DNA of 44,399 nucleotides. Origin: a virus. The stretch's first letter is position 1; every line of letters begins with the position of its first letter. A model generated the notes under the pieces. The model made no database searches and had not been told where the DNA came from. It saw nothing but the letters and a program-made list of their open reading frames with translations. The translations under genes were made by a program, and so were the position numbers. The stretch is from the IMG/VR virus record IMGVR_UViG_3300039366_000017; one strand, written 5' to 3'. This document shows positions 35,751 to 43,301 of the stretch, one piece after another.

Positions 35751-36229
35751 TTATTAATTCTCTTGTTGTTATTGTTATTATTCTTGTTCTTCAAGATTCC
35801 CTCAGGGATATCTTTAGGTTTCTCTTTAAGCCATTCTTCGGGAATCAGCTTATCGGCAAACTTAATGCCGTTCTTGTTGCAGAAGCTAGCGTAAGTAGTA
35901 GACGATCCCTTATAAATGTACGTCTTACTTCTACTAAAGACAAACCGGATATCTAACTCAGGATGTTGCTCACGGATTAATAAATGCTTCTTCCTATCTT
36001 CAGCATCCCAGACACCCTTAGTTTCTATAATGATGCCATTAGGCAACACGAAATCAGGGGTATACTTGTGAGTACTCTGAGGAACGACATACTCTAAGTA
36101 CTGTTCCTCATAGTGTGGCTCAATAGAAAAGGACTTGAGGAAGTCTGAATTCTTCTCCTCAAGTCCTGATCTGTAGGTACCCGCGTTGTGCCTTTTAGCT
36201 TTGCTGTATGCTGCACTGCGGGTGGTCAT
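35747..36229 (-). CDS. Endonuclease I / Holliday junction resolvase (T7 gp3-like)
   Basis: HKYTPDFVLPNGIIIETKG...RKK catalytic pattern. Has an unusual poly-Asn C-terminal tail. Confidence 0.85.
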   Translation of the reverse strand: MTTRSAAYSKAKRHNAGTYRSGLEEKNSDFLKSFSIEPHYEEQYLEYVVPQSTHKYTPDFVLPNGIIIETKGVWDAEDRKKHLLIREQHPELDIRFVFSRSKTYIYKGSSTTYASFCNKNGIKFADKLIPEEWLKEKPKDIPEGILKNKNNNNNNKRINK

Positions 36230-36675
36230 TAGATATACCCAAAGACGTACTTAAAGTAATAATCCTTAGGATCTCGCTTCTCTTCACTGCCCTTATAAAA
36301 GATAGGATATCCATTAGGGTACTTGAAGGTAAGTTTAGCACCATTAAACGAAAAGTACATGTAACCCATAAATAGGCTACCATCTTGCACACTATAGGCA
36401 TCTACAGGAATACTTTCTTCATCTTCACGGTATTTCTTATAGACATCCTTATGCATCAGCATGACTGCAACATAGTCACAATTGATATCTTGCAGCACAT
36501 GATCAGGGACTTTAATGGTGCATGGGTTCCAATCATAGAGATCGAAAGTAGGTTCCTTTTGTTCCTCTTTAAGTTCCTCAATGTTAGTCTTAAGACCCTG
36601 CACAACATCCTGCATCGTAGCAAGAGTAGATTGAGCCATATCAAGGCGGTTCTCAAGTTCTTCCAAAGTAATCAT
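36229..36675 (-). CDS. Hypothetical protein (148 aa from the ATG at 36675)
   Basis: GGAG lies 9 nt upstream of the MITLEELENRL start. The listed extension overlaps the SSB gene end. Confidence 0.55.
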   Translation of the reverse strand: MITLEELENRLDMAQSTLATMQDVVQGLKTNIEELKEEQKEPTFDLYDWNPCTIKVPDHVLQDINCDYVAVMLMHKDVYKKYREDEESIPVDAYSVQDGSLFMGYMYFSFNGAKLTFKYPNGYPIFYKGSEEKRDPKDYYFKYVFGYI

Positions 36676-36697
36676 CTTAGGTACTCCATAGTAATTA

Positions 36698-37324
36698 TTA
36701 AAAATCAGTGGCTCCAACAGCCTTACGTGATTCTACTTCATCTTCATCGAGGCTGTCAAATGGTGCCTCTTCCTTGAATGCCTCATAGCCTTCCTCTTCA
36801 GCAGAGAAGCCGTAGTCCTCTGCAGATGAACCACCGAACTCGTTAAGCTTAATCACTTGGACTGCAACCGGTCGAAGGCTAAGGCCAACCTGCTTAGTTG
36901 ACTGCATGAAGTAAGGTGCTGCAGTGAAGCTAAGACGAATCACTGAATCACGACCTACATTGACGTCAATAGGCTTGCCCTTAGAATCAAAATGGGCAAT
37001 CTTAGCGTTAACTGTAGATCCATCCTTTTTCTTGATTACAGCATTCTGCTTAAACTTGAGGTAGACATTACCCTCTTCATCTTCAAAGAAGAGATCAGAC
37101 TTATGGATCTTTTTCTTGTTCATTGCATTGGCTTCAGAGACTGCTTCATCAAAAGCCTTGTCTTGAATAGCCTCAAGCTTCTCAATGAGCTTCTTAAGTT
37201 CATCAGTCTTACCCTCAAAGCGCATAGTGACACTAAAGACACCCTCAGGATTGAACTTCATATCAGGCTCCTTCAGGTGAGGATACTGAGCAAAGCCCTT
37301 AGGAGTAGTGTAACGTTCGATCAT
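36698..37324 (-). CDS. Single-stranded DNA-binding protein (T7 gp2.5 position, 208 aa)
   Basis: First gene after the RNAP-proximal phage promoter. Acidic C-terminal tail ending in Phe (..DSLDEDEVESRKAVGATDF), as in gp2.5-type SSBs. Confidence 0.6.
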   Translation of the reverse strand: MIERYTTPKGFAQYPHLKEPDMKFNPEGVFSVTMRFEGKTDELKKLIEKLEAIQDKAFDEAVSEANAMNKKKIHKSDLFFEDEEGNVYLKFKQNAVIKKKDGSTVNAKIAHFDSKGKPIDVNVGRDSVIRLSFTAAPYFMQSTKQVGLSLRPVAVQVIKLNEFGGSSAEDYGFSAEEEGYEAFKEEAPFDSLDEDEVESRKAVGATDF

Positions 37325-37383
37325 TTTAAAATGGTTTCCTTGTTTAATTAATTAAGTAAAGGTTACTAGAGAGATTCCTTGGT

Positions 37384-37407
37384 TCTCTCTAGTAGTGGAG
37401 ATTATAT
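37384..37407 (-). promoter_or_regulatory. Phage RNAP promoter (sense ATATAATCTCCACTACTAGAGAGA) with a predicted 5' transcript hairpin
   Basis: Lies 7 nt after the RNAP stop. The initially transcribed GAGAGA..UCUCUC forms a stem (37366..37392). Confidence 0.7.
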
Positions 37408-37414
37408 TAAGTTA

Positions 37415-40057
37415 CTAGCAGAACGCATACATAGACTGTTTGACTACATCAAGATCTAATGTACCGTGCTTAGGAATCGGAGGCAACTCCTTAGCTTTCT
37501 TAGGAGACAACATATTCTCGACTTGATCATGAAGATCCTGCAGCACATCATTCTGGTTGTAGGTTTCAGCAAAGACCTCACGAACAAGAGAGAACATCAA
37601 ATCACCTTGACCTGCAGGGCAGCCATAGGAATCATGAATCATAGCGAACTGATGGATACCTGCATCAACACAAGCGTCTACAGTTAACATGAGGTGACTA
37701 GCATCCATAGAGTGCACATAGTTAGGAGCGATACCCTGTTTCTGCTTACGAGAATCGATTTCCCCTAAGTCCTCTGAGACACTAATCTGAAAAGTTTCAC
37801 CTTCTTTCTTAGATTCCTCAGGAGCACCCGATTCATCAGACACATGAATAGTTCCGCTGCAGAAGGTCTTAAGTTTCTTCAGGCGAACTTTAGGATACCT
37901 TTGACGAACCAAGAAACCACTTGGAGTTACCCATTGTGTAGGAAGGTTCTCTCCGTTGATATTCTTGTCCGTAGCGAGTAGTCCTGAGGCAGTCTGAAGC
38001 CAATCCATAGCTTCTCTAGCTTTGACAACAACTTCACCTAATGAATTCCAAATCTTGTCAGCCATATAGGTTGCAGCTTGTCGAGGCTTAGAGAATGCTA
38101 AAGGATGATGTTCTAAATGAGGGTAGATAGTATCTTCAAGGATCTGTTCAGTAAAGCCAAACTTCTTCGCTCCGTATGAGAGTGTCATAGTCGGTCTCTT
38201 GGTTACCTTACGGGTAATTCCATAGGCCAGCCACTCAGCAGCAAGAGACTTAGTACCCTTTGAGACGTACTCAGCGCCATCTTCAGCAGTCTTTAGTTCA
38301 TCTTCAGTACCCTCAGCAGCATCCTTCATCACAGCTTGTTTCACATGCTCAGCGACAATACCGTAGATATCGTGAACTTTATCATCAGGCACGAGGTTAA
38401 CTGCAGTACCCCCAATCTCATCCTTTAGCATAGCTGAGAAGTGCTGGATACCACTGCAGCTGCCATCGAATGCTACTGGGATATGAGACACATAATCTGT
38501 ACCCTGTTCCATGAAATCAGCCCATTCAAAGCAGAATGCTAGGAACTCCCAAGGGCTATCTGTTTCAGTCCATTCGAGGTCTGTAAGAGGATCTTTAGCA
38601 GTCCTAAGAATCAACTCAGTGTTCTCATAGACCCACGCAATGCGTTCCTCTAAGGGTTTCTTATCAAGCCCATAGCAGTTAGCACCTTGGATAGCTAACC
38701 AAGCTACCCCCGAATCTCCTAAAGGAGCACCATCAGCAAACTCTAGCAAGCTCTTGCAGAAATCAGTGCCCTGAGGATTCAGCAAGGGCAATGGATAGAC
38801 ACGACCACGAAAATCAAGATTATGAGGAAAGTAGATACGTTCATAGTCTTTGTAGATATCAGCAAGAGCAAGCTGAGCATTCACTGCATAACGCTTAGAC
38901 TTACGCTTATTGTCACGCTGAAAGTAGATAACCATAGACTTACGCCATTCCTTCTGAACGTTAGGATCCTTATCTGCTGCCTCTGGGCGCACTGGAGGCT
39001 CCTCAGGTTCCGCCAAAGGCATCTCAAGTCCCTCAGGGATATGCTTCCACTTAGAGATCTCCTGAGCTACCTTAAGTACCCTTTGATTGATCCTCCAAGG
39101 GGTCTCTTGGATGGCGTTAACAGCCTTGTAGACGTCAGGCATATCGAGATCTCCATAGAGATCCATAACAGTCTTTTCATTAAGACGAACTAAAGGGATA
39201 GGCCTCTTGAGATTGATGTAATAGCCGCCATTGATAGGATTAGTCCAAGGCTTGGGAGGGATGACCATAGGACGATTTTTGAATAGCAAATCTGCCATTT
39301 CCTTATCGTTATGGACAATGTATTGGACAATCTCAGGAGCTATCTCAAAACGATAGGTAATGTTAAAGCTGCCACTCTTGGAGTACTTAGAGATCTTCCC
39401 AAGGCCAGTAGAGACAATAAAAATATCGATCAGCTTCATACCTAGGTTGCAGCGAACACTATCCGTCCATTTCTCCCAGCGTTCCTTACGGTTCTCATCA
39501 GCTAACCATTTATCTTTAGCGTTAACAAAAGCCTGCTTAAAAGACATACCAATACGCTTGTTTAGGTTGACCTGAAAGTAGGAACGTTCTTTATCAGACA
39601 AAGTAGACAATACATCTTGAAACTTCATCTCTAATTCCAACTCAGTACCTAGTTCTTTCGCAAGGGACGTAAGGTTCACCTGAGGAATAGCATTAGAAAG
39701 AATAGACCTGAGAGACAAGAAAGCTACATGCTCAATCTCTAGCTGCTTTAAGACAACTGCACAAATATGGCGTTTCCCCGGTTTACCTGAATCAGCTTTA
39801 GTGTAGAAATCTTTTAGTCCCTTACAAAAGGCCGGAAGGGCTTCTTTAAGCAGCATTTTGGTTGTCCCCGTGTCTGCTAAAGTTTTATTCTCTCTGGCCT
39901 TATTAATTTTAGACATAAAAGCTTGATAAGCAAGATCCTTACTCTCTAACTCTAATTCTATTTCTTTATCGACTAAATGCTTTCCATATTTGAGACACAA
40001 TTCATCATAACCACATTCATTAATCCGAATTGAATCAATAGCTGCTTTAGTGTCCAT
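37415..40057 (-). CDS. Single-subunit DNA-dependent RNA polymerase (T7 gp1-like, 880 aa)
   Basis: PVAFDGSCSGIQHFSAMLKDEIGG and FAMIHDSYG motifs, as in T7 RNAP. Confidence 0.95.
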   Translation of the reverse strand: MDTKAAIDSIRINECGYDELCLKYGKHLVDKEIELELESKDLAYQAFMSKINKARENKTLADTGTTKMLLKEALPAFCKGLKDFYTKADSGKPGKRHICAVVLKQLEIEHVAFLSLRSILSNAIPQVNLTSLAKELGTELELEMKFQDVLSTLSDKERSYFQVNLNKRIGMSFKQAFVNAKDKWLADENRKERWEKWTDSVRCNLGMKLIDIFIVSTGLGKISKYSKSGSFNITYRFEIAPEIVQYIVHNDKEMADLLFKNRPMVIPPKPWTNPINGGYYINLKRPIPLVRLNEKTVMDLYGDLDMPDVYKAVNAIQETPWRINQRVLKVAQEISKWKHIPEGLEMPLAEPEEPPVRPEAADKDPNVQKEWRKSMVIYFQRDNKRKSKRYAVNAQLALADIYKDYERIYFPHNLDFRGRVYPLPLLNPQGTDFCKSLLEFADGAPLGDSGVAWLAIQGANCYGLDKKPLEERIAWVYENTELILRTAKDPLTDLEWTETDSPWEFLAFCFEWADFMEQGTDYVSHIPVAFDGSCSGIQHFSAMLKDEIGGTAVNLVPDDKVHDIYGIVAEHVKQAVMKDAAEGTEDELKTAEDGAEYVSKGTKSLAAEWLAYGITRKVTKRPTMTLSYGAKKFGFTEQILEDTIYPHLEHHPLAFSKPRQAATYMADKIWNSLGEVVVKAREAMDWLQTASGLLATDKNINGENLPTQWVTPSGFLVRQRYPKVRLKKLKTFCSGTIHVSDESGAPEESKKEGETFQISVSEDLGEIDSRKQKQGIAPNYVHSMDASHLMLTVDACVDAGIHQFAMIHDSYGCPAGQGDLMFSLVREVFAETYNQNDVLQDLHDQVENMLSPKKAKELPPIPKHGTLDLDVVKQSMYAFC

Positions 40058-40060
40058 TTG

Positions 40061-40260
40061 GTTTCCTTTAGTTAACTTTAAGTTATCTTTAGTTAGTCTT
40101 TAGATTAGTATCTATAGTAATAACCTACTTGATTAATCATTATAGTTATATTCATTATTATAATCTTATAAGTTATTATTATAGTTATAATCATTAAAGT
40201 TAATATCTATAGTTCTCTATAGTTTATCTTTAGGTTATCTTTAAGTTAACTATAGTCCCT
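40061..40260 (-). repeat. AT-rich leader with tandem ~11-nt iteron-like units (plus-strand TTTA(A)GTTAnC)
   Basis: Four units lie tandemly at 40067..40109 (TTTAGTTAAC, TTTAAGTTATC, TTTAGTTAGTC, TTTAGATTAGT) and more at 40223..40250. TTATAGTTATA occurs twice (40140, 40179). Confidence 0.6.
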
Positions 40261-40300
40261 TGTCTCCCTGATTTGATCTACATCAATGTCTTATCCTACC

Positions 40301-40324
40301 TCTCTCTAGGAGTGGAGATTATAT
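40301..40324 (-). promoter_or_regulatory. Phage RNAP promoter (sense ATATAATCTCCACTCCTAGAGAGA) upstream of the RNAP gene
   Basis: Matches the consensus at 23 of 24 positions. Lies 244 nt upstream of the RNAP ATG. Confidence 0.6.
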
Positions 40325-40382
40325 TTTTTTTCTTGACCTAGATCAATATTAATATAATCTCCCCTAATGACAACCTTATGTA

Positions 40383-40697
40383 TCAGTTGTCTCCTTCATC
40401 ATCCTCTCGTTCAATCAACGGTCTGCCATAAAGATACCTATTGAGAAACTCCTTATAAGCTTCATATTTCTCTTTGTCTTTCTTACCAGATTCCCCATTT
40501 TTATGGCCTGCCCTATAGGCATATTTAATCATATTTCCTTTACAGAAACCTATGAATTCCTTGTGAGAAAGTAGCTCCTGCATTAATTCAATAGGCTGAA
40601 TTAAGCCTTGATAATGGGCTTGATCTTCAGGCTTTCCACTATCGTTTATTCCTTCATTAACCCATTCATTGTCGTATTCCTGCATATTAATTCCCAT
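40383..40697 (-). CDS. DUF3310-like early protein (104 aa)
   Basis: HYQGLIQPIELMQ...GNMIKYAYRAGHKNG pattern. Confidence 0.6.
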   Translation of the reverse strand: MGINMQEYDNEWVNEGINDSGKPEDQAHYQGLIQPIELMQELLSHKEFIGFCKGNMIKYAYRAGHKNGESGKKDKEKYEAYKEFLNRYLYGRPLIEREDDEGDN

Positions 40698-40800
40698 TTA
40701 TTACATAGAATTCAGTTAAATCGATGTTGTCTTTATGTTCCTCATAGTATTCTTTAGAGTAAACTACGGAGGTTTCTTTATGAATTAAATACCAAATCAT
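40687..40800 (-). CDS. Small hypothetical protein (37 aa; below the ORF-track cutoff)
   Basis: MIWYLIHKETSVVYSKEYYEEHKDNIDLTEFYVINGN. AGGAAA lies ~9 nt upstream of the ATG, 5 nt after the previous stop. Confidence 0.35.
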   Translation of the reverse strand: MIWYLIHKETSVVYSKEYYEEHKDNIDLTEFYVINGN

Positions 40801-40805
40801 ATAAG

Positions 40806-41054
40806 TTATTTCCTGCATAAGTATTGTTCAGTTTCTTTCTCAAGAGTATTCAACAGCTCAGCATACTTCCCATAGGAGAGCTTTGAGTTATCTCTGAGCA
40901 TATTGAGGTAGTCTACGGCAGCTTGTGCCTTGGTGAATACGACTACACTCAATGTGTTCTCATCATAGAGTTCAATAGGTATTGTCTTACGAACACTGAT
41001 GGTTGTCCCTTTGCTGCCTAAGTTGGTTTGAAATGTGTGAATGATGACATACAT
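40806..41054 (-). CDS. Early hypothetical protein (82 aa)
   Basis: Minus-strand ORF in the early region. An AAGGAAA-type SD lies upstream. Confidence 0.55.
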   Translation of the reverse strand: MYVIIHTFQTNLGSKGTTISVRKTIPIELYDENTLSVVVFTKAQAAVDYLNMLRDNSKLSYGKYAELLNTLEKETEQYLCRK

Positions 41055-41123
41055 GTTGTGGTTTCCTTCTTTAGGTTGCTCTATAGAATGGCCGCAGAGG
41101 CCTCAGAATTGCTTCAGGTTAAA

Positions 41124-41169
41124 CGATAGGGCACTTGGTGGTATGTTGGCCTTACCAGAGTGCCTATCG
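41124..41169 (-). promoter_or_regulatory. Long imperfect hairpin between the first two early genes (RNase III-site-like or terminator-like)
   Basis: CGATAGGGCACTTGG (41124..41138) pairs with CCAGAGTGCCTATCG (41155..41169), giving ~14 bp with two bulges. It lies 17 nt after the stop of 41186..41485. Confidence 0.4.
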
Positions 41170-41185
41170 TCGATCCTGAGTGAAA

Positions 41186-41485
41186 TTAGAGGTCGTTCCA
41201 ATCTCCCAGCCACTTCCCCTCGAAGTTCTCAATGCCTTGCATGAGTGCATAATGCTTAACTTCTCGGATGACTAGAAGAGTACGTTCTTCATCTCTGAAG
41301 TCTGAGTAGTGCATTGCATTCCACAGAAGATAAGCTTCAAACTCATGAAAATGATCATCATCAGTCGTAAACCGGATCACATACTGAGCACCATCAGGGC
41401 ACACTATAGAAACCCTCTGTGTCTCTGCATCCGATCTGATAATCACTCTCTTTAATCTGAACTGTAGCATCTTTAGATCCTCCAT
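41186..41485 (-). CDS. First early protein (99 aa, mildly acidic; T7 gp0.3 position)
   Basis: First ORF downstream of the sigma70-type promoter. No recognisable motif. Confidence 0.6.
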   Translation of the reverse strand: MEDLKMLQFRLKRVIIRSDAETQRVSIVCPDGAQYVIRFTTDDDHFHEFEAYLLWNAMHYSDFRDEERTLLVIREVKHYALMQGIENFEGKWLGDWNDL

Positions 41486-41514
41486 GTGATCTGTTTGTGT
41501 TTAACCATGAGCAC

Positions 41515-41543
41515 ACTATAGCAATTCACAAGTCACATGTCAA
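41515..41543 (-). promoter_or_regulatory. Host sigma70-type early promoter (TTGACA-17 nt-TATAGT)
   Basis: In minus sense, TTGACA (41543..41538), a 17-nt spacer, then TATAGT (41520..41515). The predicted start lies ~25 nt upstream of the ATG at 41485. Confidence 0.65.
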
Positions 41544-41649
41544 GCCCTCCCCTATCCCCTGTTCATGGGATACCCTCGGTGCCCCAACGCTATCCTAATA
41601 ATAGTCATCGGGTAGGCCTTCGGGCTTCCCAAGGTTGATAATAGGGAAA

Positions 41650-42331
41650 CTTAAGGGAGCAACAGATATGATATAAGTAGAAATACCTATGTTACCCCGA
41701 AAAAACATAGATGAACCCTAAGTAAACAATAGGTATCATGAAAAAAACAATAGGGCACCTTTAGGTACCCCTTGGGCATCCCTATGCTAGCCTACACATA
41801 TATACGTAAATTAGGCACAGCAGGTGTATACGAGCAGCAACAGGGAATCTAGAGGCACCCTATGGGGGGACACACGCCCGTGTCTGTCTTAAGGTGCCAC
41901 CTTACAAATTTATTATAAAATTCTAATCAAGGTGACCCTGTTGCTACACTTAAGTTACCCTAGAGTTAACCACAAGTTATCGTCAAGAGATAGCAAGCTA
42001 ACATAAGGAGGCGTACCCTAAGGGTTAACTTAAGGTACACCTTAAAGGGTCTATAGGCTAACTATAGGCACCCCTTAAAGGGCTAGCTTGCTAGCTGTGA
42101 CTATAGTAATCCACCTACAGCAGCTCTAAGTAGTGCATCAACTGTACCTACATCACCATTCAATAAGGAAACCACTAAAAGGACAATAATAATGATGATC
42201 TTGATAGCTACTACTAGTTTATGATTCAATGGTCTCATATGGATACTTTGAGTTAACTAAAAGGGAACATAAAGAAAAATCTAAAGTCAGTCTTTACGAT
42301 CCCCTTTAGAATATCTCAAAGGGTCTATAGG
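41650..42331. repeat. Cluster of short CCTTAAAGG / CCCTAAG / CCTTTAGG-type motifs in the non-coding terminal region
   Basis: Copies at 41650, 41716, 41758, 41888, 42016, 42029, 42040, 42073 and 42301. The exact 14-mer AAAGGGTCTATAGG occurs at 42044 and 42318, and the palindrome GCTAGCTTGCTAGC at 42082. Confidence 0.6.
42101..42238 (-). CDS. Possible small membrane peptide (45 aa) in the terminal region
   Basis: MRPLNHKLVVAIKIIIIIVLLVVSLLNGDVGTVDALLRAAVGGLL. No SD is seen, so it may be non-coding. Confidence 0.2.
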   Translation of the reverse strand: MRPLNHKLVVAIKIIIIIVLLVVSLLNGDVGTVDALLRAAVGGLL

Positions 42332-42417
42332 TAACCCCATTATTTTTTTTATTATTATTTTCTTATTTTTTGTCAGGAGGGGGTCAGGTAGATATCTTAT
42401 ATATACCTTTTTCTGGC

Positions 42418-42441
42418 CCCTTCTGGGAGTGGAGATTTTAT
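42418..42441 (-). promoter_or_regulatory. Phage RNAP promoter variant just downstream of the terminase gene (sense ATAAAATCTCCACTCCCAGAAGGG)
   Basis: The upstream 16 nt are identical to the other copies, while the initiation region differs. Its position is analogous to the T7 right-end promoter. Confidence 0.5.
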
Positions 42442-42475
42442 TCGGAGTAGTCACTTCACCCTTATAGGGATGATT

Positions 42476-42988
42476 TTATCTTGTAAACTTGTATCCCTCT
42501 GAATATTTGTATTTATTGAATCCCTTGGAAGTACCTGATTCTCTTACATTTTCTGTAATTGTATTTATTCCTAATTTCCCCCCTATTTCTCTAGTTACGA
42601 ATCCATAAAAACTTTCTAAAGATTCCTCTAGCCATTCTGAAGTTACTTCATTTATTCCTTCATCAGCATCAATTCCCATGAAGTCTACTAAATACTTGAC
42701 ACCTATAGCTAGGCAATCGATAGCGTCATCGTGAACTAGTGCTCCTCTGTCTGATGTGATTCTAGTCAGCTGATAGAACAGGGAGTACTTATAGTCACCT
42801 TCAGGTACACTATCGATATCCTTATTGATGCACTCAGGGGTAACTATCATCTTATGGTTACCTAGGACAGGCTCTAGTGTGTCTATGATACGTACTTCTT
42901 TTTGGCCTGTAGACTTGACTTCAGTTAAGCCACAGTCTTTATAAGTTTTCCTAAGGACAGGCTCAAAGAGCTTGAGGTACATACCATC
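42476..42988 (-). CDS. Terminase large subunit, exon 3 (nuclease domain C-terminal part)
   Basis: Starts DGMYLKLFEPVL (completing NFG-DGM). Contains YSLFYQLTRITSDRGALVHDDAIDCLAIG, as in T7 gp19. Confidence 0.85.
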   Translation of the reverse strand, partial: DGMYLKLFEPVLRKTYKDCGLTEVKSTGQKEVRIIDTLEPVLGNHKMIVTPECINKDIDSVPEGDYKYSLFYQLTRITSDRGALVHDDAIDCLAIGVKYLVDFMGIDADEGINEVTSEWLEESLESFYGFVTREIGGKLGINTITENVRESGTSKGFNKYKYSEGYKFTR

Positions 42989-43301
42989 CATTATGTTTAC
43001 ATAAGTTCGTTACGCTTATGCCTTGGGGCTATACATTACTGTATAGATCGGACTATATCTTAACAATAGCTAATCTTCCAACCTCTTCTACCACGAATAC
43101 CTTTATAGAGGAGGTTTCTTATATTACCTCTAGCAAATCCTAGAGTATCTGCACATTATTCTTATAGCTATTGTTCCCACTTTTTCAGATCACTTGATCT
43201 TACAATTAGTCTCTACACCTTCCTATTTCTAGGCTTGGCTCGGTATCGTCCCTTAGGGAGTTTCACCGAATTTAATGGGTTTTATTTCGGCAATGTTGTT
43301 T
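42989..43301 (-). mobile_element. ORF-less group I intron 2 of the terminase large-subunit gene (313 nt)
   Basis: Exon UUCGGU (ends at 43302) pairs with guide GCCGAA. Contains P TTAAATTCGGTGAAAC, the TCCC-TAA-GGGA hairpin, Q GATACCGAGCC, the CCTA-GAAA-TAGG hairpin, R GGTGTAGAGACTAA and S TTAAGATATAGTCC. It ends ..ATAATG with G at 42989. Confidence 0.85.

Noticed and set aside
40061-40260. The AT-rich short repeats as a CRISPR array or tandem satellite.
   Set aside because: The units are ~11 nt, degenerate and contiguous, with no spacers and no cas genes. They are better interpreted as leader or origin iterons.
40333-40358. A plus-strand sigma70-like pair TTGACC ... TATAAT.
   Set aside because: The spacer is only 14 nt and no plus-strand gene lies downstream. 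It is probably chance in AT-rich DNA.
1589-41244. All plus-strand ORFs in the track (e.g. 1589..1783, 2596..3126, 6715..7422, 8816..9304, 22367..23089, 33861..34466, 41041..41244), and the minus-strand ORFs nested out of frame in larger genes (e.g. 9492..9839, 10195..10650, 31519..32127).
   Set aside because: Each lies antisense to or inside a well-supported gene. Their translations are low-complexity (Ser/Leu/Arg-rich), lack start context, and break the uniform single-strand organisation typical of T7-like phages. The one exception kept is 34733..34969, the o-spanin.
41945-41990. A second host promoter, TTGACG-18 nt-TAGGGT, in minus sense.
   Set aside because: The -10 element is poor (only the TA...T positions match) and the spacing is suboptimal. 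It cannot be supported by eye alone.
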